A stretch of DNA of 64,000 bases from Pygmaiobacter massiliensis (GCA_022778585.1 JALFTI010000020.1:27501-91500); one strand, 5' to 3'; counted from the first letter of the stretch, positions 55,154 to 64,000 are shown. The notes: a model not told the origin generated them from the sequence alone. Translations and numbers: made by a program.

Positions 55154-56131
55154 TTGACAACAAAGGAAGCCTTACTGGAACGGCTGGTTTTATCCAAAGA
55201 AGAATATTTGTCCGGTGCCCAGCTGGCGCAGCAGCTGGGGGTCTCCCGCAATGCGGTGCATAAAGCCGCAAACGAACTGCGCGCGGCAAACCTGCCAGTG
55301 GAAACGGTGCCAAACCGGGGTTATCGGCTGGCGGCGGGGGCAGATGTGCTGTGTGCCGGTGTTATTCGCCGCGATTTGACAGGGCCTGCCGCAAACTGGC
55401 AGCTTGAGGTGTTCAGCGAGGTGGACTCCACCAACCAGCGCTGCAAGGAGCTTGCCATGACAGGCCAGCGGGGCCCTCTTGCTGTGATATCTGCCAGCCA
55501 AACGGCAGGCCGCGGGCGGCGAGGTAGGCGTTTTTACTCGCCTAAAAATGGCTTATATTTAAGCCTTTTGGTTCACCCGCAGGGCTTGGCTTCGGCCAAT
55601 GGAGGGCTTGCCACCACTGCTGCCGCAGTAGCGGTTTGTGCTGCCTTGGCAGAGCTTGCCGGTGTGGATGCAGGCATTAAATGGGTGAACGATGTTTACC
55701 GGGACGGACGCAAGGTTTGCGGAATTTTGACCGAAGCGGGCAGCGATATGGAGACCGGCGAAATTGATTGGATGTCGGTGGGGATAGGGTTAAACCTGAC
55801 CGCACCAGAAGGTGGCTGGCCGGAAGAAATTCGCCAGATTGCAGGAGAAATTTTTCCTGATGGAAAGATGACCGTTTCTTCCAACCAGCTTGCCGCCGGC
55901 ATTATCAACCGGTTTGCCGCTATGCTGCCAAAGCTGAACCAAAAGGGCTTTTTGCCCGAATACCGCAGGCGCAGCCTTTTGCCGGGCCGGGAAATTACGG
56001 TGCTGCCCACCGTTGGCGAGCCGTATTTGGCAACAGCGGTTGCAATTGACGACGAATGCCGTTTGGTGGTGCGTTTAGCGGATGGTACCGAGCGCGCCCT
56101 GCTTTCCGGCGAGGTTTCCACCCGATTTTAA
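55154..56131 (+). CDS. birA: bifunctional biotin--[acetyl-CoA-carboxylase] ligase / biotin operon repressor BirA
   Basis: TTG start follows AGGAG. N-terminal wHTH (YLSGAQLAQQLGVSRNAVHKAANELR) and biotin-binding loop QTAGRGRRGRRFYSP. Confidence 0.92.
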   Translation: MTTKEALLERLVLSKEEYLSGAQLAQQLGVSRNAVHKAANELRAANLPVETVPNRGYRLAAGADVLCAGVIRRDLTGPAANWQLEVFSEVDSTNQRCKELAMTGQRGPLAVISASQTAGRGRRGRRFYSPKNGLYLSLLVHPQGLASANGGLATTAAAVAVCAALAELAGVDAGIKWVNDVYRDGRKVCGILTEAGSDMETGEIDWMSVGIGLNLTAPEGGWPEEIRQIAGEIFPDGKMTVSSNQLAAGIINRFAAMLPKLNQKGFLPEYRRRSLLPGREITVLPTVGEPYLATAVAIDDECRLVVRLADGTERALLSGEVSTRF

Positions 56132-56200
56132 GGCAAAATGCCCATGCGGCTTTGTGTTATCAAAAACGCAAAAAGCTTGCAAACAGGAGAGGAAACAGGT

Positions 56201-56734
56201 ATGAAATCTTCACAAAAGGTCAAAAACATGGCAATGGCCGCCTTGCTGGCTGCCGTTACAGGGGTTTTGGCACAGGTTATTATTCCGCTGGGACCCGTGC
56301 CGTTTACCATGGCGGTTTTTGGGGTGTTTTTTATGGGTATGATGCTCTCGCCCCGATATGCGCTGGCAAGCATTTTGGTTTATATTTTGCTGGGGCTGGT
56401 AGGGGTACCGGTATTTGCCGGCTTTTCGGCTGGCCCGGCTGTGCTGGCCGGGCCCACCGGCGGCTATGTAGTAGGTTACATTGCCATGGCGGTTATGCCG
56501 GCTTTCGCAAGGGCCAAAAAACTGCCGGCGTGGGCGGTACTGGCGGCGGCTGTTGTGGGGCTTATTATCTGCTATGCGTTGGGAACCGTTTGGTTTATGC
56601 TGCTTACCCAAAACAGCCTGGCGGTCAGCTTGGCGTGGTGTGTGTTCCCATTTGTGGTGCCCGATATTGCCAAGGCATTTTTGGCGCTTGCTTTGGCCCG
56701 CGTGCTGGAACGCAGAATGGTGCATATGTCCTGA
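56201..56734 (+). CDS. bioY: biotin transporter BioY (ECF S component)
   Basis: AALLAAVTGVLAQVIIPLGPVPFTMAVFGVFFMG...LAGPTGGYVVGYI is the BioY signature. Confidence 0.92.
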   Translation: MKSSQKVKNMAMAALLAAVTGVLAQVIIPLGPVPFTMAVFGVFFMGMMLSPRYALASILVYILLGLVGVPVFAGFSAGPAVLAGPTGGYVVGYIAMAVMPAFARAKKLPAWAVLAAAVVGLIICYALGTVWFMLLTQNSLAVSLAWCVFPFVVPDIAKAFLALALARVLERRMVHMS

Positions 56735-56761
56735 AGCATTTTTTAAAAGTACCCAAACAAT

Positions 56762-56808
56762 AAAAAACACTGCATGCGGCAATTTTTTGCCGCATGCAGT
56801 GCTTTTTT
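56762..56808 (+). terminator. terminator after bioY (15-bp perfect stem)
   Basis: CACTGCATGCGGCAA-TTTT-TTGCCGCATGCAGTG followed by CTTTTTT. Confidence 0.9.
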
Positions 56809-56912
56809 ATTGTGCTGAAAAAGCGAATATTTTGCACAGGGCCTGGCAAAACTAACGCCAAACGGCACAGAATGCGATGTCCCGCACAGCCGGGCGGAAA
56901 GGAACGAACACA

Positions 56913-57626
56913 ATGGATCACAAAGGATTTGGAAAAGGCAGAGGCTTTTACATGGCTTTGGGCTTGATTGTGCTGGCGGCGGTAGCGGCCAGCGCCGTTT
57001 CGATACGCGGCATGGTAAACAGGCTGGAAGCACAAACCCCTGCAGATAGTGAGGTAACTTCATGGGCAAACAGTACCGAAACACAGGTAGAAAAGCCGCA
57101 GCAGGAAGTTCCGGTGCTGCCTTCGCAGTCATCCTACTCCTTCAGTGGCTCCTCGTCGGAATCGTCCTCTGGCAAGCAGCAAGCCGCCTCCGAGCCCTCT
57201 GCGACTGGCGCCGTCGCGCAGAGCTCTACCTTTATCTTGCCGGTGGAAGGCCAGGTTATCGCCGCCTTCAGCAGTGACGAACTGGTGTATAACGAAACCC
57301 TGGCCGACTGGCGCACCCATAACGGCCTGGATATCGCCGCACCGGAAGGGTCTGTGGTATCTGCCGCTATGCCGGGCACGGTAACTGCCGTGCGCCAAGA
57401 CGACAGCTGGGGAACTGTTGTGGAGGTAACCGGTGACGACGGCCGGCTGCTGCGCTATTGCGGGCTGACGGAACAGGTTTCGGTAACCGAAGGGCAGATG
57501 GTGCAGCAAAGCGATCCGTTGGGCCAGCTTGGAACCATTCAGGCAGAAACCGCCCTGGAACCCCACCTGCATTTTGAGGTGGAAGAGGACGGAACCCTGA
57601 TTGATCCGGAAGAACTGATGCGCTAA
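56913..57626 (+). CDS. M23 family metallopeptidase (membrane-anchored)
   Basis: ATG 56913 follows GGAAAGGAA. TM segment FYMALGLIVLAAVAASAV, a Ser-rich linker, and intact HxxxD (HNGLDI) and HxH (PHLHFEV). Confidence 0.85.
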   Translation: MDHKGFGKGRGFYMALGLIVLAAVAASAVSIRGMVNRLEAQTPADSEVTSWANSTETQVEKPQQEVPVLPSQSSYSFSGSSSESSSGKQQAASEPSATGAVAQSSTFILPVEGQVIAAFSSDELVYNETLADWRTHNGLDIAAPEGSVVSAAMPGTVTAVRQDDSWGTVVEVTGDDGRLLRYCGLTEQVSVTEGQMVQQSDPLGQLGTIQAETALEPHLHFEVEEDGTLIDPEELMR

Positions 57627-57642
57627 AAAAGAAAAAACAGCC

Positions 57643-57686
57643 GCACAGGGCCGCAGGGGTTATCCTCTGCGGCCCTGTGCGTTTTA
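57643..57686 (+). terminator. terminator after M23 gene (14-bp stem)
   Basis: GCACAGGGCCGCAG-gggttatcct-CTGCGGCCCTGTGC followed by GTTTTAT. Confidence 0.8.
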
Positions 57687-57764
57687 TCGGCCTGTGTCGT
57701 TTTGCTTGACACTTCCCCGTCGGCGGCAGTATATTGTAAAATACGGGTAAAGGGGGGGTGACTT

Positions 57765-58955
57765 ATGGATTTGAGTATTCTGGTCATTCAGGGCGACGGC
57801 ATCGGCACCGAGATTATTCCGCAGGCTCAGCAGGTGCTGCGGGTGGTGGGCCGGCGGTTTGGCCATACCTTTTCTTTTGAAGAGTATGAAGCAGGCGGCG
57901 CGGCGCTGGACCATACCGGCGCAGCGCTGCCCGAAGAAACCCTTGCCGCCTGCCTGACCGCACATACGGTGCTGTTTGGCCCGGTGGGAGGGCCCAAATG
58001 GGACCCTTTGCCGCCAACCGAGCGGCCGGAACAGGCCCTTTTGACTCTGCGCGGTAAAATGGACCTGTATGCGGACCTGCGGCCCATCCGCATGTTTCCG
58101 CAGCTGTCCCACGCAAGCCCGCTTTTGCCGCAGTTTGCGGCAGGCGGTATTGACCTCGTGCTAGTTCGGGAACTGACAGGAGGCATTTATTACGGCAGCC
58201 ATGATATTCGGCTTCACAATGGCCAGTCGGTGGCAAGCGATATTATGAGCTATACCGAACGCCAGGTGGAGCGGGTTGCCCGCACTGCCTTTGAAATGGC
58301 CCGCAAGCGCCGGGGAAAGGTTGTTTCGGTGGACAAGTCAGATGTGCTTTCCTGCAGCCGGCTGTGGAAGAATGTGGTCTGCCGGGTGGCCCAGGAATAT
58401 CCGTCGGTCCAATTAAACCATATGCTGGCGGACAGCATTGCCATGCAGCTTATGCGCAACCCCTGGCAGTTTGATGTGGTGCTGACCGAAAACATGCTGG
58501 GAGATGTGCTTTCGGGCGAGGCGGCCATGCTTACCGGGTCGATTGGCATGATTCCGTTTGCCAGCCTGGGCAACAGTACCGAAGGTATTTTTGGGCCCAT
58601 TCACGGTACCGCGCCGGATATTGCAGGGCAGAACATTGCAAATCCGCTGGCGGCCATTCTTTCGGCGGCTATGTTGCTGCGCCATTCCTTTGGGCTGCAG
58701 GAAGAGGCGGACGCGGTGGAGAAGGCGGTGAACCGGGTGCTGGATGACGGCTACCGTACGGTGGATATTCTGTCCGCCGGGTGTGTGCCGGTCAGCTGCT
58801 CCAAAATGGGAGAGCTGGTGGCCGGCGCTGTTTTGTCCCCCCAAATTTATCGAAAAATTGCCCGCGGGCTGCCCGCACCGGCAACTGCGTCCGGCAAAGG
58901 ACGCAGCACACAGCGCACCGGCCGTGGGCGCAGGCAAAAAGAAAAAGAGGAGTGA
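57765..58955 (+). CDS. isocitrate/isopropylmalate dehydrogenase family protein (3-isopropylmalate dehydrogenase-like) with ~40-aa basic C-terminal tail
   Basis: ILVIQGDGIGTEIIPQAQQVL...LFGPVGGPKWD...LVRELTGGIYYG...IGMIPFASLG... is the LeuB-type pattern. The tail is ...RKIARGLPAPATASGKGRSTQRTGRGRRQKEKEE. Confidence 0.85.
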   Translation: MDLSILVIQGDGIGTEIIPQAQQVLRVVGRRFGHTFSFEEYEAGGAALDHTGAALPEETLAACLTAHTVLFGPVGGPKWDPLPPTERPEQALLTLRGKMDLYADLRPIRMFPQLSHASPLLPQFAAGGIDLVLVRELTGGIYYGSHDIRLHNGQSVASDIMSYTERQVERVARTAFEMARKRRGKVVSVDKSDVLSCSRLWKNVVCRVAQEYPSVQLNHMLADSIAMQLMRNPWQFDVVLTENMLGDVLSGEAAMLTGSIGMIPFASLGNSTEGIFGPIHGTAPDIAGQNIANPLAAILSAAMLLRHSFGLQEEADAVEKAVNRVLDDGYRTVDILSAGCVPVSCSKMGELVAGAVLSPQIYRKIARGLPAPATASGKGRSTQRTGRGRRQKEKEE

Positions 58956-58960
58956 ATCAA

Positions 58961-59182
58961 ATGAAAGCGCGTATCCCCAAACATCGGGAATTTATTATCA
59001 GCATAGACGAAAACAAGGAACCCAGACACGAAGAGTGCTGGGCCAAACTGAACCAGATTGTGAAGGACTACCAAAAGGAAGGAAAGTCCATTTATACCCC
59101 CACCTTCATTGAGGACAATGAGGATAAGGTAAAGGCGCTGCAGCAGGAGTATACCTTTACTTATACCATTGAAGAACGCTGA
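58961..59182 (+). CDS. hypothetical small protein (73 aa)
   Basis: GAGGAG lies 8 nt upstream of ATG 58961. MKARIPKHREFIISIDENKEPRHEECWAKLNQIVKDYQKEGKSIYTPTFIEDNEDKVKALQQEYTFTYTIEER. A terminator follows. No family recognised. Confidence 0.5.
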   Translation: MKARIPKHREFIISIDENKEPRHEECWAKLNQIVKDYQKEGKSIYTPTFIEDNEDKVKALQQEYTFTYTIEER

Positions 59183-59267
59183 AAAACGGCAAAAGCATTT
59201 TTATTATGCTTTTTGCCGGCTGCGGCGGCTTTGCGCTGTAAGCAGTAATAAGCATGAAAGAAGCATG

Positions 59268-59307
59268 AAAAAAGCCAGAACAGCTTTGGGCTGTGCTGGC
59301 TTTTTTT
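59268..59307. terminator. bidirectional terminator
   Basis: AAAAAAGCCAGAACAGC-tttgg-GCTGTGCTGGCTTTTTTT, with one mismatch. Confidence 0.75.
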
Positions 59308-59416
59308 ATTTGTAAAAGAAAGGCCTGTAAAATAATATATTGCATGGGGCAAAGGGCGTTAAAAACAATCTGCCGGGGCGGCCGCGCTAAAAAAGTTCTG
59401 GCATTCTTTGCAAAAT

Positions 59417-59728
59417 TCAGCCTAGCCAAACAGAAAGCTCGCCGCATAAAAATACCGCAATGCAGCAGCCCGCCGCCACCGTAACCAGCCCCTTTTTCTG
59501 AAAGGCCAGAAAAACAGCCACAATAAGCCCGGCAAGGCCGGCTATGGGGGAATCGGTCGCTGTCAATATGGCCGGAAAGGTCATGGCAGAAAGGCAGGCG
59601 CAGGGCACATAAGCCAAAAAAGAGCGGATAAACCGGCTGCGGATGGGCCGCCGGAACAGGGTAAGGGGCAGCATGCGAATCAGATAGGTGGTTACAGCCA
59701 TTGCTAAAAGGTATCCACCAAAGCTCAT
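59417..59728 (-). CDS. azlD: AzlD family small membrane subunit (second copy)
   Basis: MSFGGYLLAMAVTTYLIRMLPLTLFRRP..., 103 aa. 4-nt overlap with the upstream azlC. The longer track ORF (to 60154) is judged an overlap artefact. Confidence 0.8.
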   Translation of the reverse strand: MSFGGYLLAMAVTTYLIRMLPLTLFRRPIRSRFIRSFLAYVPCACLSAMTFPAILTATDSPIAGLAGLIVAVFLAFQKKGLVTVAAGCCIAVFLCGELSVWLG

Positions 59729-60450
59729 GCGCTTTTCACCTCCTGGCTGGAAGAAGGGTCCTGCACAGGGAAAAGCACCGCGCAGATGCCGGCCGCCGCC
59801 ACTGTGCTGATGACAATAGCAAGCCCTGCCGATACCTGCTGCAGGGCAGGCACCCAGCTGAACAAACAGCTTGCCGCAATGGCCAGAAGACTGGCAGCCA
59901 AAATGGGTTTTTCCTGCCGGGCCTGCGGCACCACAATGGCAATAAACATGCCGTACAGCGCCACGCCCAGCGCGGTGCGCACCGCACCGGGCATGGCTGC
60001 GCTGGCCAGTGCGCCGGCTAATGTGCCGCCGGTCCAGCCCAGTACCGCAAGGGTGCCAAGCCCCATTAGATAGGGGCTTGTAAGCGGCTTTTTGCGGGCC
60101 ATAGCCAGCGCAAATACCTCGTCGGTATTGTAAAACGAGAAGATGAGCCTGCACCCAAGCCCAATTTTGCCGGACATTTTTTGGCTCAAAGCAAGGCTCA
60201 TTAAAGCATAGCGGCTGTTAATTACCAGCTGGGTCAAAACCATCTCCACCAGCGAAGCTGCCGCCGCAATAACCGTAAGCCCGGCAAACTGCCCGGCACT
60301 GGTCATATTGGTAAGGGAAATTAAGGTGGCCTGCAGAGCGCTAAGCCCCTGGTTGACAGCCACTGCGCCAAACCCAAAGCTTACCGAAAAGTATCCCACC
60401 GCCACGGGAATACACTCTTTCAGTCCGTCGGTATACTCCTGCCTTGCCAT
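59725..60450 (-). CDS. azlC: AzlC family exporter subunit (second copy)
   Basis: Contains GLKECIPVAVGYFSVSFGFGAVAV and ...LTNMTSAGQFAG, typical of AzlC. Length 241 aa. Confidence 0.9.
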   Translation of the reverse strand: MARQEYTDGLKECIPVAVGYFSVSFGFGAVAVNQGLSALQATLISLTNMTSAGQFAGLTVIAAAASLVEMVLTQLVINSRYALMSLALSQKMSGKIGLGCRLIFSFYNTDEVFALAMARKKPLTSPYLMGLGTLAVLGWTGGTLAGALASAAMPGAVRTALGVALYGMFIAIVVPQARQEKPILAASLLAIAASCLFSWVPALQQVSAGLAIVISTVAAAGICAVLFPVQDPSSSQEVKSA

Positions 60451-60595
60451 AAAAATGCCTCTTTTCCGGCCAAAGCGCCATTTAGCGCTTGTTTTTCATA
60501 ATTTTAGTATATCCGGCCGGTTGCAATTAGTAAAATAAATTATTATTATATTTTTATTAGCAAAACTTATAAAGTTTGGAATTTGAGGTTTAAAA

Positions 60596-61486
60596 ATGAC
60601 CCGTTACGAAGTTTTTATGAAGGTTGTGGAGCTTGCAAGTTTTACAAAAACGGCCCAGGCTTTGGGGTACACGCAGTCTGCCGTAAGCCAGAATGTGAGA
60701 GCACTGGAAGAAGAGCTGGACGCCGTGCTGTTGGACCGCGCAAGAAACGGCATACAGCTTACCCCGGACGGGCAGGCCTACCTGCCTTATCTGCAGGCTG
60801 TGTGCCAGGCGCACAGGCAGCTGGCGCAAAAGCAAAAGGAGATGCAGCGGCTGGAGCGGGCGGTTATACGCATGGGAACCTTCACCAGCGTAAGCCGAAA
60901 TATTCTGCCGGGTTTTTTAAAGCGGTTTCAGCAGCAGTACCCCCAGGTGGAATTTGTTTTGGAGCAGGGAGATTATACCTCCATTAGCCGTTGGGTGCGG
61001 GAAGGAAGGGTAGACCTGGGTTTTTTGATTGCCGAAATGGCGCAAAACCTGGAGAATGTGACCGTGTGCCAGGACGAGCTGATGGCGCTGCTGCCAAAAG
61101 ACCATGCCCTGGCCCAAAAGCGGGCGGTAAAAGCACGGCAGCTGGCGGACGAACCGTTTATTCTGTTAGGCGAAGGGGAATACAGTGTGCCGCTGCAGAT
61201 GTTCAAAAGCCAGAACCTTGTTCCCAAGGTCCGCTATACCGTGCTGGACGACCCCACCATTATGGCAATGGTGGAAGAGGGGCTGGGGGTGTCTGCTCTT
61301 TATCATCTGGTACTGCGGCGCACAGGTGGACAACTGGTAAGCAGGCCATTTGACCCGCCCATCCGCCGCACCATTGTCTTGGCCTGGCAAAAGAGGTCTG
61401 AGCTGCCCCGGGCTGCCCGCTGCTTTTTGGACTTTTTTTGTAACAATATGCCATTTTGTGTGCCGGCAAGTGAAAGCGAAGATTAA
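60596..61486 (+). CDS. LysR family transcriptional regulator (divergent from azlCD-2)
   Basis: N-terminal HTH is MTRYEVFMKVVELASFTKTAQALGYTQSAVSQNVRALEEEL. Length 296 aa. Confidence 0.92.
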   Translation: MTRYEVFMKVVELASFTKTAQALGYTQSAVSQNVRALEEELDAVLLDRARNGIQLTPDGQAYLPYLQAVCQAHRQLAQKQKEMQRLERAVIRMGTFTSVSRNILPGFLKRFQQQYPQVEFVLEQGDYTSISRWVREGRVDLGFLIAEMAQNLENVTVCQDELMALLPKDHALAQKRAVKARQLADEPFILLGEGEYSVPLQMFKSQNLVPKVRYTVLDDPTIMAMVEEGLGVSALYHLVLRRTGGQLVSRPFDPPIRRTIVLAWQKRSELPRAARCFLDFFCNNMPFCVPASESED

Positions 61487-61679
61487 CAGGCGCAGGATTG
61501 GGTGAAAAGAAAAACAAAAAAGCATTGCATACCGCTAGCAGGTTCGGTATTATGATAAAAAGGCTTGTGTAAGCAAAGAATGTAGTGGTTTGTTTTGAAC
61601 TATAAAAGCAGTGTATTGTGTCCATAAAAGGGCGCAAAGTTTATTTAGAATATATGAAAAGGTAGAAAGGGGGGGCATT

Positions 61680-62792
61680 TTGAAGAATATTTTTGCATTG
61701 TTAAAAAAGGACAAAGAGGAAAGAACTCTTTATTTTTCCTTTGCAAAAGAAGAAATTGCCAAAAAAAATTTGGAGCAGATCAAGTTTTTATCCCCCATGG
61801 TAACTGGGCTTTTGCTTTTGTTTTTTTGCCTGGCCTGGTTTATTATTAAAGATTGGCAAATTACCCCCGTACATATTGCATTTTGGCCGGTTATGGCGGC
61901 GTTTAGCTTGTTCATCCGTGCAAAAGAAACCTGCTCGACCCGCTGTGTTTTCTGGTATAGCTGGGGTTTTGAGGTTTTAGTGCTACTATTTTGCGGGCTG
62001 ATCGATCTTTCCGGCGGCCCCAATGCACCGGGAAGCTTTCTGCCGCTGGTACTGGTGGCCTTGCCCATTGTGTTTATACTTCCGCTGGAACAGCAGTACG
62101 CACTGCTCAGCGCAAGTTTTTTGTTCTACGCGGCGGCCTGTTACCAGGTTAAAAGCGTGTTTGTTTGCCAGTACGATATTTTTAATGCGGCATCGGGGCT
62201 TTTTATCTCACTTCCGTTGGCCCATACAGTGTTGCGGCTGCGCATTCGGGACCAAAACACCCAAACCCGCTATAAATACCTGAGTATGACCGATGTGCTC
62301 AGCAGCCTTTTGAACAAGGCGGCCTGTGAAGAAGCGGTGAAAGATTACTTAAAATGGGGCCAAAACAAAACCGGCTGTGCGCTGGTTATGCTGGATATTG
62401 ACGATTTCAAACAGGTGAACGACACCCAGGGACATTATATAGGAGATATGCTGCTGCAGAAGGTGGGCGGTATGCTGAAACAGCAGTTTCGCACCAGCGA
62501 TGTGGTTGCCCGTTTCGGTGGCGATGAATTTGTGGCTTTTCTCAAAGATTGCGCTGACCCGCTTTTTGTGGAGAAAAAATGCCAGTCTATTCAGCAGGAA
62601 TTATGCTGTATTTCTCAGCAGCAGCGTTTTGCTGTTACCTGTAGTATGGGCTGCGTGTATGCAAAAGCAGGCCAAAAGGTGGACTTTGTGCAGCTTTTGA
62701 AACAGGCCGATCGGGCGTTGTATGAGGCAAAGCACAGCGGAAAAAATGCCTATGAACTGCACGGATATGCCGATGCTCTCAGCTTGCAGTGA
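61680..62792 (+). CDS. membrane-anchored diguanylate cyclase (GGDEF domain)
   Basis: Probable TTG start at 61680 follows GAAAGGGGGGG (track start 61611). About 6 TM segments. GGDEF domain has VMLDIDDFKQVNDTQGH, and an I-site RTSD lies 5 aa before ARFGGDEF. Confidence 0.85.
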   Translation: MKNIFALLKKDKEERTLYFSFAKEEIAKKNLEQIKFLSPMVTGLLLLFFCLAWFIIKDWQITPVHIAFWPVMAAFSLFIRAKETCSTRCVFWYSWGFEVLVLLFCGLIDLSGGPNAPGSFLPLVLVALPIVFILPLEQQYALLSASFLFYAAACYQVKSVFVCQYDIFNAASGLFISLPLAHTVLRLRIRDQNTQTRYKYLSMTDVLSSLLNKAACEEAVKDYLKWGQNKTGCALVMLDIDDFKQVNDTQGHYIGDMLLQKVGGMLKQQFRTSDVVARFGGDEFVAFLKDCADPLFVEKKCQSIQQELCCISQQQRFAVTCSMGCVYAKAGQKVDFVQLLKQADRALYEAKHSGKNAYELHGYADALSLQ

Positions 62793-62811
62793 CAAAAAAT
62801 TTCTTTGTAGC

Positions 62812-62840
62812 AAAAAGGACCTCGCAGGAGGTCCTTTTTT
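62812..62840. terminator. bidirectional terminator (GGDEF gene / yfhO-like gene)
   Basis: AAAAAGGACCTC-gcag-GAGGTCCTTTTTT. Confidence 0.85.
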
Positions 62841-62933
62841 GGGCTTATATTGGCGCAAAATAAAGGAGGCGAAGGGCTGAGCACTTACAGTGCGGGCAAA
62901 AGCTGCCAAAGCTTTGCCGCTGCCAAAAATCTT

Positions 62934-64000
62934 TTACCCTTTTTTAGAACGCCGGCGCAGCAAAACCAGGTAGCCGGCATACAGCAAAATGCCGGCACAG
63001 GTCAGGTATTTTGCCTCGGTCAGCCAAACAGGGTCCAGTGTCAGGGTAATCTGGTTTTCGCCAGCGTTTGCCAAAACAGCAATCAGCCCATTATTTACCT
63101 TCAAAACCTCGGTTTCCTGCCCGTTTACAGTGGCGGTATACCCTTCATCATATGGTACCGAAAAGAATACCAGGTTTTCCCGGTCCAGTGTAATGGTGGC
63201 TTCAAAACCAGATCGTGTAGCTGTAAATGTTTGAGCGCTATGGGCTTTTCGGTCGGCGCAGTCCTGCACAAAGGTGTTATAATCGGTGGCCTGCAGCTGT
63301 TGGGTGCTGGCGCGGGTAAGAAGGTGGCCGTAGGTTTCAACCTGTTCTTCGGTCAAAAGCAAAGCACGCAGCATCAGGTTTGCAACCTTTTCGCTGTCCA
63401 CATTCTCCACATCTGCCGGCAGCATATAATAGTCGTAGGTAAAGCCCATGGGAATATAGTTTTGGTTCTCAAAAACAGCATAGCCGCCGGTGGAATAGCT
63501 GTATTGGTAGCCATAGCCGCAAACCTTGTCATCCAGCTCCTGGCGCGTATCTTCGGGGGTGAGAATATACTGTACGCTTAAAAGAGAACGCAGAGCGTAC
63601 AGGTCAATCTCCGGCTTGGAAGATACATCCCGCTTGACCCCCACCGAAGGGTAAAATTCCAGAATGCTGGGGGTGACGGTGCTGTTAAAGCAGCGGATAT
63701 TGGGAATTTGGAAAAACAGGCTCAAATTTTCATAACATTCGTAGCTGTCGGTGCGGTAGAAGTGGTCGGTGGGTAAGCTTATTTCATTGCGCACATCATA
63801 GCATTGGGTTTTGTAGTCATAATCGTTTTTATATTGCGGGAATTTGCCAATGGCAATATGCACTACCCCAAACAGGGTGCTAGCCGCCATTACACCGGCG
63901 GTCAGCCGCCAGATAAAACGGTGAGTTGGCCAGTGCTTTTTGCGTTTGAAACGCGACAAAAGAAAAACCGCCAAAAGGCCTGCCGCGGCAAAACAAAGCA
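62934..64000 (-). CDS. YfhO family membrane protein, C-terminal part (gene continues past right edge)
   Basis: The frame stays open upstream of the track start to nt 64000 (..LCFAAAGLLAVFLLSRFKRKK is a TM helix). The large extracytoplasmic domain and the final TM LTCAGILLYAGYLVLLRRRSKKG resemble the YfhO C-terminus. Confidence 0.75.
   Translation of the reverse strand, partial: LCFAAAGLLAVFLLSRFKRKKHWPTHRFIWRLTAGVMAASTLFGVVHIAIGKFPQYKNDYDYKTQCYDVRNEISLPTDHFYRTDSYECYENLSLFFQIPNIRCFNSTVTPSILEFYPSVGVKRDVSSKPEIDLYALRSLLSVQYILTPEDTRQELDDKVCGYGYQYSYSTGGYAVFENQNYIPMGFTYDYYMLPADVENVDSEKVANLMLRALLLTEEQVETYGHLLTRASTQQLQATDYNTFVQDCADRKAHSAQTFTATRSGFEATITLDRENLVFFSVPYDEGYTATVNGQETEVLKVNNGLIAVLANAGENQITLTLDPVWLTEAKYLTCAGILLYAGYLVLLRRRSKKG

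Noticed and set aside
1-64000. Search for mobile elements, prophage, defence islands, toxin-antitoxin pairs, biosynthetic clusters, tRNA/rRNA genes
   Set aside because: None found. There are no transposase, integrase or recombinase motifs, no long inverted or direct terminal repeats, no nuclease/ATPase/methylase defence-type gene sets and no cloverleaf-like sequences. AT-rich segments coincide with ordinary promoter regions.

Overview
This 64-kb segment is roughly 55-57% GC by eye. It reads like core chromosome of a Gram-positive anaerobe; Clostridia, Oscillospiraceae/Ruminococcaceae-like, is an inference from gene content only.

**Contents.** I can support about 58 protein-coding genes on both strands, with the first and last genes truncated by the window edges. 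There is also one decayed aminotransferase pseudogene. I see no rRNA, tRNA, CRISPR array, transposase, integrase, phage gene or recognisable defence gene.

**Gene content is housekeeping:**
- Central metabolism and translation: gap, GTP-PEPCK, ppa, acpP, proS, ilvE, a leuB-like gene, tcdA, ybaK, hemW, an rsuA-like gene.
- Cell division and wall: ftsE-ftsX-M23-S41, a DUF348/G5/3D protein, a second M23 peptidase.
- Oxidative stress: a Fur/PerR-like regulator and rubrerythrin.
- Small catabolic or transport modules: a fructoselysine-type module (frlD/frlB/GntR/NhaC), pseudouridine catabolism (psuK/psuG), birA-bioY, a YheO-like regulator with RidA and cysteine desulfidase, two azlCD pairs.
- Others: a CDF exporter, a group-B-type [FeFe] hydrogenase, cls, nudC, a GGDEF protein, partial YfhO.

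**No novel system found.** I did not find a convincing novel multi-gene system, and this looks like an ordinary region.

**Items most worth a second look:**
1. A 112/113-bp hairpin-rich tandem repeat in the tcdA / MYG1-HAD divergent intergenic region.
2. An S41 (Ctp) homologue in the ftsEX cluster whose canonical nucleophile Ser appears to be Ala.
3. Three long structured 5' leaders, upstream of ftsE, the 3D-domain gene and the CDF gene. The first two contain a terminator-like hairpin just before the RBS.
4. A roughly 200-nt structured RNA candidate between the DUF1292 gene and frlD.
5. Two unusual HAD fusions (MYG1-HAD and PP-loop/TtcA-like-HAD).
6. A three-lesion aminotransferase pseudogene.
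7. A recurring ATATAAC operator-like motif in front of the frl transcription units.

**Limits.** All family calls are by-eye motif recognition on the supplied translations. No database search, RNA folding or covariance-model scan was run.
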